Below are positions 36,043-49,010 of a DNA stretch of 64,000 bases, in pieces. The notes under the pieces were generated by a model. The model was given only the letters and a program-made list of their open reading frames with translations, ran no database searches and was not told the origin of the DNA. Each line of letters starts with the position of its first letter. The stretch's first letter is position 1. A program made the position numbers and the translations under genes. Origin of the DNA: Bacteroidota bacterium (GTDB lineage: Bacteria; Bacteroidota; Rhodothermia; Rhodothermales; JBCCMF01); contig JBCDJT010000003.1 in the NCBI GenBank assembly GCA_038747545.1, forward strand, positions 15,195 through 79,194, read 5' to 3'.

Positions 36043-36903
36043 TTACACTTGGTTGAACGCTTCGGCCAGTTCGTGTACCACCTGCGTGTAGAAGCCGTTG
36101 GTGTCGAAGGTGGTCTTGAAGCCGAGCGGCGTGGCCACCTGCATGACGTGGTCAGCGCCGAGGTCGCCGCGGTAGGTCCCCCACATCGCGCTGGCGCGGC
36201 TGACGAAGCCGTCGTTGATGCCCTCGCGCTGGTAGAGCATGCCGTTGAAGGGCATCAGGTAGGGGCTGATGGAGGCGGTGGTGCCCTTGCCCGTGCAGCC
36301 CGCGTACGAGAAGTATGCTACATCGGGATGGTCCGGGACGCTGGGGTTGAACTCCGCGTTGAGGTATTCCGGGGTGAGTTCAGAGACGGCGCGTATGAAG
36401 TCGGCGTCGGTCTCGTCGAAGGTGGTGGCGCCGAGCCAGTTGGCGAGGTCGTTGGTCCAGGTGCGGAGCCGTTCGGGCTGCTGCAGGACGAAGCACGCCA
36501 GTTCGGTGCCGCGGTGGGGCGTGGAGACCGTCGTCAACGAGGCCACCTGGGCGTGCATCTCTAGGTTCGTGATGAGGTAGCGCGCATCGAGGCCACCCAT
36601 GGAGTGGGCAATCAGGTGGACGTGCTTGGCGCGCGTCTGGTCGAGCACCATCTCGATGCGGTCTTTCCAGAGGGCCGCGCGGATGGGCACAGTCTGGTAG
36701 GGTGCCACGTTGGGCGCGAACGCCGCCACGCCGTGCGCCCGCAGGTGCAGTGCGGCCTCGTTGAGCATGCCGCCGCGGCGAAAGCTCGACATCAGCCCGA
36801 AGCCGTGCATGAGCACCACGGGCGCGTCGATGTACAAGAAGTCGGGCTGGGGGAAGGGGTTAAGCGTGGCAAAACGCTTCACCACCGATTCGGCGAGGGG
36901 CAT
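36043..36903 (-). CDS. Alpha/beta-hydrolase lipase/esterase (triacylglycerol lipase-like)
   Basis: VVLMHGFG oxyanion region and nucleophile elbow AHSMGG. ATG at 36903. Confidence 0.7.
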   Translation of the reverse strand: MPLAESVVKRFATLNPFPQPDFLYIDAPVVLMHGFGLMSSFRRGGMLNEAALHLRAHGVAAFAPNVAPYQTVPIRAALWKDRIEMVLDQTRAKHVHLIAHSMGGLDARYLITNLEMHAQVASLTTVSTPHRGTELACFVLQQPERLRTWTNDLANWLGATTFDETDADFIRAVSELTPEYLNAEFNPSVPDHPDVAYFSYAGCTGKGTTASISPYLMPFNGMLYQREGINDGFVSRASAMWGTYRGDLGADHVMQVATPLGFKTTFDTNGFYTQVVHELAEAFNQV

Positions 36904-36969
36904 GGCTGTGCGCCGTGTTGAAGGTTGGACACCGGGCATACGCCGCCCGTTCAGAGAAGACCCCGGCGG

Positions 36970-37905
36970 CTAGGCCGTTTCTTCGGCCAGCTGCGCGGCG
37001 TACCACGCCACGGTGGCCTGGAGCCCATCGCGGAGCGTGGTGCGGGGCTGCCAGCCCAGGCGTTGCTGCGCGTGTGCGTAGCTGAGGACGCTGCGGTACT
37101 GCTCGCCACGCCGTGCGGGTGCGTAGCGTGGCGGAATGGAGCCGGGGCTTACATCCGCCAGCACCGTGTGCAACTGGTTGACGCTGGTCTCGACGCCCGT
37201 TCCGATGTTGAAAACGCCTGAGTCGGGATAGGCCAAGGCCAAGCGGTTGGCGTCCACGACATCGCCCACGTACACGTAGTCGCGCGTCTGCGTGCCGTCG
37301 CCGTAGATGGTCGCGGGGATGCCGGTGAGGGCGTGGTGCGCAAACGTAGCGATAACCCCAGCGGCGCCCTGTGCGTTTTGGCGCGGGCCGTACACGTTGG
37401 CGTAGCGGAGGGCTACGTACGCGATGCCGTGCGTGCGCCGGTAGAAGTCGAGGTACTGCTCCGCCGTGTGCTTGGCAATGCCGTAGGGCGAGAGCGGACG
37501 GATGGGGTGGGCCTCATCCTGCGGCGTGTACTCCGGCTCACCGTAGAGTGCGCCGCCCGTCGAGGCGAAAAGCACCTTGGTCAGGCCCTGCGCGCGCCCC
37601 GCCTCCATCATGTGCAGGAAGCCCTGGATGTTGACGTCGGCATCGGCGGCAGGGGCTTCGGCAGAGCGCCGGACGTCGATCTGTGCGGCGTGGTGGACGA
37701 GGACGCTGTAGCGCTCGCGCTGCCAGAGGGCGCGTACCTCGGCATCCCGCAGGTCCAGCTGGTGGAAGACGGCCGCGGCAGGGACATGGCTGCGCTGGCC
37801 GTGCGAGAGGTCGTCGAGCACATGCACCGTGTGACCGTCCGCCAGCAGGGCGCGGGCCACATGCGAGCCGATGAACCCGGCGCCTCCGGTGACGAGAATC
37901 TTCAC
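36970..37905 (-). CDS. NAD-dependent nucleotide-sugar epimerase/dehydratase (GalE-like SDR)
   Basis: KILVTGGAGFIGSH and YxxxK (YGIAKHTAEQY). I preferred the GTG start at 37905; the track ATG at 37941 adds 12 aa. Confidence 0.8.
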   Translation of the reverse strand: MKILVTGGAGFIGSHVARALLADGHTVHVLDDLSHGQRSHVPAAAVFHQLDLRDAEVRALWQRERYSVLVHHAAQIDVRRSAEAPAADADVNIQGFLHMMEAGRAQGLTKVLFASTGGALYGEPEYTPQDEAHPIRPLSPYGIAKHTAEQYLDFYRRTHGIAYVALRYANVYGPRQNAQGAAGVIATFAHHALTGIPATIYGDGTQTRDYVYVGDVVDANRLALAYPDSGVFNIGTGVETSVNQLHTVLADVSPGSIPPRYAPARRGEQYRSVLSYAHAQQRLGWQPRTTLRDGLQATVAWYAAQLAEETA

Positions 37906-37977
37906 AGCGATGGGGATGTCCGCGAGAATGGCGGCGTACACGGAGCCTCGTAACGAAGGTTTCCCGACACGAAGACG

Positions 37978-38739
37978 CTAGAGGGCGGGTTGTGCCACGC
38001 GCCGCCGTTGCACAGCGAGGGCGAGTACAGCCAACAGCACCGCCCCGCCCGCCGCCGCCTCGGCAGGGACGGGCCAGAACATCGGCTCGTATTTCACCGC
38101 GAGGCCAACGAAGGCCCAGGCGAGCACCACGTTGAACAGGGCGTCGGCGTGACGGAACAGCATGAACGCGCCCACGAGCAGCGCCACGCCGCAGAGCAGC
38201 CCGGCCCACACGGTTGGCGTCAGCGGGCTGCCATCCCATCCGAGGTAGTCGAGCACCGCCGAGATGTTGGCCAGCGTAGCCACCGTCACCCAGCCCAGGT
38301 AGACGCTGAAGACCATGCTCACCGTCCACCGGTAGACGCCCTGGGCTAGGCGTGGGCGCTCGCGGAGGCGGGCGTAGATCACCAGCAGGCTGCCCAGTAG
38401 CATCAGCATGGCCAGCACCGACCACGTGAACAGCTCGTAGTGCCACAGGGTTAGCCAGCTCACGTTGGCGAGGCAACTCACCAGAAACGGCGCACGGATG
38501 GCGTCGATACCCGCGTCGTCGCGGTGGCGCGGCAGCACTTGCACGATGGCAAAGGCGATCAGGCCGAGGTAGATGGCACCCCAGATGGCGAAGACGTAGG
38601 GGGCGGGCGTGAAGTAGGTGTCGAAGCGGCTGGCGAGCTCGCCGATGGTGTTGCCCCCCAGCGGCAGCGCATTCGAAAGGCCGTTGAACGCGATGATGCC
38701 GATCACAGCCACGACGACGAGTAGAGCACGAACCAACAT
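37978..38739 (-). CDS. Trp-rich multi-pass membrane protein, TspO/MBR-related (distant)
   Basis: NGLSNALPLGGNTIGELASRFDTYFTPAPYVFAIWGAIYLGL plus further Trp-rich helices. 254 aa. Family assignment is from memory only. Confidence 0.5.
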   Translation of the reverse strand: MLVRALLVVVAVIGIIAFNGLSNALPLGGNTIGELASRFDTYFTPAPYVFAIWGAIYLGLIAFAIVQVLPRHRDDAGIDAIRAPFLVSCLANVSWLTLWHYELFTWSVLAMLMLLGSLLVIYARLRERPRLAQGVYRWTVSMVFSVYLGWVTVATLANISAVLDYLGWDGSPLTPTVWAGLLCGVALLVGAFMLFRHADALFNVVLAWAFVGLAVKYEPMFWPVPAEAAAGGAVLLAVLALAVQRRRVAQPAL

Positions 38740-38747
38740 GGGCGTCG

Positions 38748-40103
38748 TCAATCTAACAGCACGAGGCTCCGCGTGTGCGTGGCGCCGTCGGCGGTCGTGA
38801 GGCGGTAGAGGTACAGCCCGCTCGGCAAGCGTTGGCCAGCACCATCGGTGCCGGACCATTCCACCCGGTGCGTACCCGGCGCATGTACCTCGTCAGCGAG
38901 CGTGTGGACGGCCCGGCCAAGCAGGTCATACACCGTCAGCCTGACGTGTGCGGTGGTGGCTAGGCTGTACTCCACGGTGGTCGCCGTGCGGAACGGGTTG
39001 GGGTAGTTGGCCGCAAGTTGGGCAGCGGCAGGTAAGTCAGCGGCTTCTTCGTTGGCGGTGCGCAGGACATCCCCTGTGATGGCGTCCACAAACACATGCT
39101 GCGTCTCCACGCGCCCGGTCAAATCCATGGTGATCACAGCGAATACCCAGCCCAGCTGCGCCGCGTCGTCGCTAAAGCCGTAACCAAGCCGACCCTGGAT
39201 GAGCGGTCCTACAGACAGGTCCGTGCGGAGCTCGAGCTGGGGAAGGACGATGTTCAGCGCCTCGCCGGCGTCGAGGTGTGAGGCAGGCAGTGGCGTGACT
39301 GAGGCAGGCACCGCGACCGCGACTTCGCCCAGGACGAGCCCGGTGAGGCTGACGAAGAAGTCGCGCGCCTCGCCCAAGGCGGGCGAGTAGTACGTGTGCT
39401 GCCAGAACAGAGAGGCGCCCTCCGCCGAGAGGTCGGGCAGGACGCTGGCCATACCCACCCGCTCCGCATCGGCCGCGAACGCTGCCACCGCGCTCTCCAG
39501 CGTGGGCGGATTGTCGCCGCCGACGGCATCGAGAGAGAAGACGATGCCCAGGAGCGATTCGACGATGAAGATCTCGGTCTCCGAGGATGCCGCCGACGTG
39601 TAGGCGACGAGCCAATACGGGCCGAGCTGGCTGATGCCCGGGAAGTCAATCAGGGTTTCGGCAGGGAAGTCCAGGAGCACCGCTGAGATGGAGGCATCGG
39701 GGTTGGCCGCGCGGAAGGCCGCGCCGCCCTGCTCCTCCACGCGCTCGATGGCGTCGTCGCTGTCACGCCAGCCCGTGCCAAGCGGGTCTGGACTGGCCAG
39801 CCCCACCAAGGCCGCAGGGTCGATGCCGACGGCGGTGAGGTCGAGGGGGGCGATGGCTACGACATCATCCGTGGTGAAGACGCCAGAGAGCGCGCTGTCA
39901 TCGGTCTGGTACAGGTACAACCAGTTGGGCGCCGTGCCGTCGGGGTTGGCCGAGGTGGCCACGACGGCCAGCAGATCGACACGCGATTGCCCTTGGGCCG
40001 CCACGGCCGTGGCGGCGGCGACGTTGGCCTCAGCCGCGGTCTGGGCCAGACTGGCCAGCGGAAGCAGCGCGAGACCGAAGAGGCACGCTAGGAAACGCAG
40101 CAT
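38748..40103 (-). CDS. Secreted protein of unknown function with T9SS C-terminal sorting domain
   Basis: Signal peptide MLRFLACLFGLALLPLASLAQ. The C-terminus is NYPNPFRTATTVEYSL ... LTVYDLLGRAV ... SGLYLYRLT. Confidence 0.75.
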   Translation of the reverse strand: MLRFLACLFGLALLPLASLAQTAAEANVAAATAVAAQGQSRVDLLAVVATSANPDGTAPNWLYLYQTDDSALSGVFTTDDVVAIAPLDLTAVGIDPAALVGLASPDPLGTGWRDSDDAIERVEEQGGAAFRAANPDASISAVLLDFPAETLIDFPGISQLGPYWLVAYTSAASSETEIFIVESLLGIVFSLDAVGGDNPPTLESAVAAFAADAERVGMASVLPDLSAEGASLFWQHTYYSPALGEARDFFVSLTGLVLGEVAVAVPASVTPLPASHLDAGEALNIVLPQLELRTDLSVGPLIQGRLGYGFSDDAAQLGWVFAVITMDLTGRVETQHVFVDAITGDVLRTANEEAADLPAAAQLAANYPNPFRTATTVEYSLATTAHVRLTVYDLLGRAVHTLADEVHAPGTHRVEWSGTDGAGQRLPSGLYLYRLTTADGATHTRSLVLLD

Positions 40104-40217
40104 GAGCGGGAGAAAGGAATACGGTGAGTATGGTAACGCATCTACACGAGCGTCGCGTATGCACCACTACGGCGAGACACAGCGAAGGTAGGGATCGGCA
40201 GGATTCAAAAAACCAAG

Positions 40218-41141
40218 TTAGGCCGACTTTTCTGCAGGTGTTTTCGGGTCGGCGAAGGAGAAGATGCCGAACAGCGTGGCGTTGAGCATCTTGTCGAGGA
40301 CGCTGGTGGTCAGCAGTACGGCCGCGATGCCCGACTCTGGCACGTCCAGCAGGCCGGAAAGCTCCACGCCGAGCCCGAGGAAGATCAGGTCTTGGTTGGG
40401 CAGAAACGGAATCCGGCTCAGGATCAGCCCGACGGCGGCGTAGGTGAACCACACGCTCAACTCCACCTCGGGCAACGCCACGCGCCACATGGCGATCTGC
40501 ACGATTTGGGCAAGCACGAGGCGGGTGCAGAAGATGCCGAGCAACACTAGCGACTGCCGCCGCGTCAGCGAGAACAGGTGGCGCCGGAACTGCCACGCGC
40601 CGACCCCCACAGCGATGACTACGACCGCACCGATCAGGAGGCCCGTGCGGTCCAGCCCGAGCATCGACAGGCTGAGGCGGCCTTGCGTCAGGAAGAGCGC
40701 TAGCAGCACCAGCGCCACAAACGTGGAGGCCACGACGGAGAGCACGTTGACGTCGCGCACGATGCGGGCGATGGCGCGCTTGCCCTGGGCCACGCGGTCC
40801 TGCAGCGCCATGAACAGGTAGACCTCGCCGCTGTAGCCCATCACGTCCTTGTTGTAGACGCGCTTCTTGATGAACATGGGCAGCCAGCGCAGCTTGGGCT
40901 TGGGCCACAGGTAGCCGTAGATGAACACCTCGCCGATGGGGATGGAGAGGTAGAGCAGCACAAACAGCCCGTAGAACAGCGGTGCCGTGGGGCGGTTGGC
41001 CCACACCTCGCCCCAGCCGATGTCAGACAGGCGGTAGACGAGGTACGCCAGGATGCCGATGAGCACGGCGCCCTGCACGACCTTGCGCAGCACCGCGTAG
41101 CGGGCGGCTTTCGCCTCGGGGGGCGCAGGCGACTCGCTCAA
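40218..41141 (-). CDS. Flippase-like integral membrane protein (UPF0104 / LPG-synthase TM-region-like)
   Basis: About 8 hydrophobic helices with a pattern like UPF0104. The TTG start at 41139-41141 overlaps the DUF3047 stop. Confidence 0.5.
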   Translation of the reverse strand: MSESPAPPEAKAARYAVLRKVVQGAVLIGILAYLVYRLSDIGWGEVWANRPTAPLFYGLFVLLYLSIPIGEVFIYGYLWPKPKLRWLPMFIKKRVYNKDVMGYSGEVYLFMALQDRVAQGKRAIARIVRDVNVLSVVASTFVALVLLALFLTQGRLSLSMLGLDRTGLLIGAVVVIAVGVGAWQFRRHLFSLTRRQSLVLLGIFCTRLVLAQIVQIAMWRVALPEVELSVWFTYAAVGLILSRIPFLPNQDLIFLGLGVELSGLLDVPESGIAAVLLTTSVLDKMLNATLFGIFSFADPKTPAEKSA

Positions 41142-41860
41142 CGGCCAGGGGCGAGCTGTGAGGCGACCCGCAGGTTGTCGAAGTCGGCTTCGCCGATGCT
41201 CTTGGTGTCGTCAGAGTCGCTCCAGAGCGTGATGAGCACGGGACGGGGGGCGCTCTTCTTGCCGAAGATGCGGCGGTAGTCGGCTTCCACGTCGCGTGCC
41301 TCGTGCAGCCACTCGCCCGTGCCCTGCTCCGCGCCGCTGGCCACCACCAGCACGCGCACATTGCCCGTCTTGACCACAGTACCCACCGGCAGGGTGGAGC
41401 TGTAGGCATACTTCAAGCTGTGCGGGCGTCCCATCCAGTCCTTACGGTCGAAGCTGACGTAGACGGCGGCGCCGGAGTCGTTCTTCTTGTCCTCGCGGGC
41501 ACCCTCGGGCAGTTGCAGCGCACGCCACGACCACTTGAGCACGGGCATCTGTTCCAGGTCCCACGCGAACTGCTCGGGCTGGTCGGTGCGGTACATGATG
41601 TGCTGCGGGGCGCTCTCGGTGAAGGCGCGCACGAACTGGTTGCCGTCCTCGCGGGCGAGGTAGAACTTGCGGTGGGGCAGCATGAACTCCGGGCCGAGCG
41701 GCTTCAGGTCGCGGTCGCGCAGGAACACCCAGCCCGACGGCAGCCCGCCTTCGGCGCCTTGCTCAAAGTCATCTAGCATGACCTCTTGCGCGGGCGGTGG
41801 CGCGTCTTGGGCAAACGAGACGAGGGTAAGCAGCGTGACAATCAGCAGCGAGACGGTCAT
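41138..41860 (-). CDS. DUF3047 domain protein, secreted
   Basis: Signal peptide MTVSLLIVTLLTLVSFAQ. VLKWSWRALQLPEGAREDKKNDSGAAVYVSFD resembles the DUF3047 core. Confidence 0.65.
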   Translation of the reverse strand: MTVSLLIVTLLTLVSFAQDAPPPAQEVMLDDFEQGAEGGLPSGWVFLRDRDLKPLGPEFMLPHRKFYLAREDGNQFVRAFTESAPQHIMYRTDQPEQFAWDLEQMPVLKWSWRALQLPEGAREDKKNDSGAAVYVSFDRKDWMGRPHSLKYAYSSTLPVGTVVKTGNVRVLVVASGAEQGTGEWLHEARDVEADYRRIFGKKSAPRPVLITLWSDSDDTKSIGEADFDNLRVASQLAPGR

Positions 41861-41967
41861 GGGATGCGGCGGCAGGTGAGTACGTGTCGCGGTGGGGTTG
41901 GATGGTGCGGCGGTGCGAAATGATCCCGTGGCCACGTGGTGGGGCACGCGATTTCCCCGGGGCTCCA

Positions 41968-43104
41968 CTAACGTAACCGCATCTGCCGCAAGAGCTGTTC
42001 CGCCGTATGGTCCCAAGTGCGACGTTCGAGGATTTGGCAGCGGGCCGTGGCGCCCATCGCGGTAGCCTGCTCCGGGTAGTCGAGCAGGGCGATGAGTGTG
42101 GCGGCAAGCGTATCAGGCTGGTCGGGGGGGACGAGATGGCCGGTTTCGCCGTCGTCGATGGCATCGGGGATGCCGCCGGCGGTGCTGCCGACGACCGGCT
42201 TGCCGCAGGCGCCGGCCTCCAGGTAGACGAGGCCGAAGCCCTCCACGTCGGGCGGTGCGCTGCGCGGGACCATCACAAACACCTCGCACAGGTTGTAGTA
42301 GCTGACCAAATCCGCATCCGGCACGCGTCCCAGAAAGCGGACATGCGCGCTGAGCCCGGCGTCGTCTACCTGCTGTTGCAGCGTCGCCTCCGTCGGCCCC
42401 GTCCCGCCAATCAGGTACACCACGTCGGGGTGCTGGCGGATGATGGCGGGCAAGGCCTCCAGCATCGTATCGACGCCCTTCCGCCCGACGAGGCGGCACA
42501 TCGACAGGAGGATGCGACGCCCTTTGAGCCCCAGGCGGCTCCGCAGCGCCGACGCATCAGCGGGGGCAAAACGCTCGGGATCTACGCCGTTCGCCGCCAC
42601 GCGCACGCGAGCAGGGGCCACGCCCAGGTCGTGCAGCAGCCCAGCGGTGTAGCGGCTGACGGGGAAGAGGCCGTCGGCAGTGCGCAAAACGCGACGGCGC
42701 ACGGTGTCGTAGCCCCAGCGCAGCGGGGGCGTGGGGAGTGGCGACAGAAGCAACTCGCGGCCGTGCGCGGCTACGAACACGCGCTCGATGGTGCTGCGCT
42801 GCCGCGCCCACAGCCCGGCGATGGCCGTCGGCCACTGGACGTGGAATACCTGATCGTACTTATGCTCCTCGGCTAGACGAACCAGTGGGGATGCGGCTTT
42901 TACCGACATCGTGTCGTAGCTGGCCTTGATGCGTACGACCTCGAAGGGCAAGGTGGCGTCAAAGACGGTATCGCCATCCACGGCGGGGGCGATCACGGCA
43001 AAAGCAGCGCAAGAGCTGGCAAAGCGATGGGCCAACTCGATGGCGTAGGTCTGCGTGCCGCCCGTGTCAGGCGGGAAGTCTTGCGTGACGAGCAGCAGCC
43101 GCAT
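41968..43104 (-). CDS. Glycosyltransferase family 4 (GT-B)
   Basis: MRLLLVTQDFPPDTGGTQTY and the C-terminal EGFGLVYLEAGACGKPVVG (E-x7-E region). The ATG at 43102-43104 overlaps the lspA stop. Confidence 0.85.
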   Translation of the reverse strand: MRLLLVTQDFPPDTGGTQTYAIELAHRFASSCAAFAVIAPAVDGDTVFDATLPFEVVRIKASYDTMSVKAASPLVRLAEEHKYDQVFHVQWPTAIAGLWARQRSTIERVFVAAHGRELLLSPLPTPPLRWGYDTVRRRVLRTADGLFPVSRYTAGLLHDLGVAPARVRVAANGVDPERFAPADASALRSRLGLKGRRILLSMCRLVGRKGVDTMLEALPAIIRQHPDVVYLIGGTGPTEATLQQQVDDAGLSAHVRFLGRVPDADLVSYYNLCEVFVMVPRSAPPDVEGFGLVYLEAGACGKPVVGSTAGGIPDAIDDGETGHLVPPDQPDTLAATLIALLDYPEQATAMGATARCQILERRTWDHTAEQLLRQMRLR

Positions 43105-43706
43105 CACTCGGCCTCGATGGCAGGCGCGGCGAAGGGCGAGGTCGTGTCCTCCGGCTCGCCGTCCTGCTTGGCGGCGGCCAGCTGCTGGTGGTAGCGCCCT
43201 TGGTACACGAGCAGTCCTATCACACCACCCAGGATAAACACGTCGGCGAGGTTGAAGATGGGCAGCAACGTCGCATACGTGCCGCCCCAAAACGGCACCT
43301 CGGGCGGCACATAACCACGCCACACGTTGATGTGCAGGTAATCGACCACACGGCCTTGGAAGAGCGGTCCATACTCGAACCAGACGCCGTAAAAGATCCG
43401 GTCGACGAGGTTGCCCAGCGCCCCGCCCATGACAAACGCCAAGCTGGCGGTGTACGGTGCGTAGCCTCGGCGCACATGGTAGAGGTAGCCCCCAATCAAC
43501 GTCGTGGCAACGAGCGCCATGACGGGGATTAGCCAGCGCGGCCCCATCGTGAGCCCAAACGCCATCCCCGGGTTCTCGGCGAAGGTGATCCGCAGCCAGT
43601 TACCCGCCACCGCGATGGACTCCCCGGGAAACATGCCGATGCGCACCGTCACCTTGATGACCTGATCAGCGATCAAGCTCAGGCAGATAATCCAGAGCAG
43701 GCGCAT
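43104..43706 (-). CDS. lspA: Lipoprotein signal peptidase II
   Basis: LIADQVIKV ... ENPGMAFGL ... GGALGNLVDR ... VVDYL ... FNLADVFI are LspA signatures. ATG at 43706. Confidence 0.85.
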   Translation of the reverse strand: MRLLWIICLSLIADQVIKVTVRIGMFPGESIAVAGNWLRITFAENPGMAFGLTMGPRWLIPVMALVATTLIGGYLYHVRRGYAPYTASLAFVMGGALGNLVDRIFYGVWFEYGPLFQGRVVDYLHINVWRGYVPPEVPFWGGTYATLLPIFNLADVFILGGVIGLLVYQGRYHQQLAAAKQDGEPEDTTSPFAAPAIEAE

Positions 43707-43933
43707 GGCGTGTGGGCAGCAGTGGGAGAAGGCTGGCGAAGGGGGAAGGGCGCTGAACGCGGCGAGGCTCAGGGAGTTTGCGCAACGAGGGCTGCGCAGG
43801 CCTCTGAGAGCCATTCGGGCAACAACGTTTCGTTCGTGGCTTCTAGTTCGTCGAGTGGCTATCCTGGACGAGGCCAGAGGGCGAACTGCTCGTTGTCCAC
43901 CCCCCTAGCACGGATGCTGCCGACGTGCGCAGG

Positions 43934-44335
43934 TCACTTCTTCTGCTTCAGCTTGGCTTCGATGGAGATCTCCGTGTGGGGCACCGCCTCAAGCCGTTCC
44001 TTGGCGATGGGCTTACCCGTCACCTTGCAAATGCCGTACGTCTTGTTTTCGATGCGCTCCAGGGCGCGGTCTAGGTAGCCGATGAACTTCTGCTGGCGAG
44101 CAATCATCATGTACAGCTTCTCGCGTTCCATGGCGTCGGTGCCGGCGTCGGCCATGTGGAAGCTGTAAGCGGTGTCGTTCTCAGCCTGCTCGCGCGCGTC
44201 GGCGAGCTGTGCCTTCATGCTGTCGATGTCTTCCGTGCCCGAGGCGCGGCGCTTCAGGATGAGGGCCTTGAAGTAGGCCAGTTCGTCGTCTGAGAACGGG
44301 GATTCCACCCGCTGCTTTGCGTCTTTCTCCGCCAT
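43934..44335 (-). CDS. TraR/DksA family regulator (zinc-finger Cys mostly absent)
   Basis: Coiled-coil followed by YGICKVTGKPIAKERLEAVPHTEISIEAK. Only one of the four canonical Cys is present. Confidence 0.7.
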   Translation of the reverse strand: MAEKDAKQRVESPFSDDELAYFKALILKRRASGTEDIDSMKAQLADAREQAENDTAYSFHMADAGTDAMEREKLYMMIARQQKFIGYLDRALERIENKTYGICKVTGKPIAKERLEAVPHTEISIEAKLKQKK

Positions 44336-44499
44336 AACGTCGTCTCGCTGAGCGTGGCTGCCGAGCACTCTGGCTGGGCCACGGTGATGTGTTCGAATAA
44401 AGGCTATGAGCGCCGATGCCGCGTAAGTTCAGGGCCAGCGCGTAGACTATTTTCTACGCTAGCGTTCAGAAGACCGTTCCTAGGCCAGGCCGGAGGGCA

Positions 44500-45363
<864 letters not shown>

Positions 45364-45435
45364 GTGAGGAGCAGATGTCTGCGAGGGAGAATGCTGAACG
45401 GCGTCAGGTTTAGGCGTTGGCTTTGTGCTCAAGCT

Positions 45436-45560
45436 TGTCATCCCGAGCGCAGCCGAGAGCGCGAAGCACACCGCAGGTAAATCTCCCCCGATCACGTTTT
45501 GCACAGCCTCAAAGGGGGAGATCCCTCGACTCTGGTCTACGACCTCCGCTCGGGATGACA
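45436..45560. repeat. Nested inverted-repeat element (about 125 nt) between ileS stop and purU start
   Basis: Outer arms are tgtcatcccgagcg (45436-45449) and cgctcgggatgaca (45547-45560). Inner arms are atctccccc (45481-45489) and gggggagat (45514-45522). Confidence 0.75.
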
Positions 45561-45612
45561 GTCCTGTAGGGTAGGCGCTTGGCTGAGGGCATCGCTCGGC
45601 AGTGTCTCTGCC

Positions 45613-48849
<3,237 letters not shown>

Positions 48850-49010
48850 GGAGCCGGTAAGTCAGATGCGTCAGAAAAGACGCGAAAATACAGATTTTCG
48901 AGAACGCGGAATGGAGAATTAGGAATGCAGAAACGGAGGGCACTCATTGCGATGGGTTAGGATGCTTGTGTACCTTGCCCCAACTCGCTGATGAATACAT
49001 CCCCACCCGG

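Noticed and set aside
37538-41004. Alternate-frame minus ORFs at 37538-38476 (312 aa) and 40030-41004 (324 aa)
   Set aside because: They overlap frames that encode coherent membrane or SDR proteins. Their own translations are extreme Arg/Pro/Ala runs.
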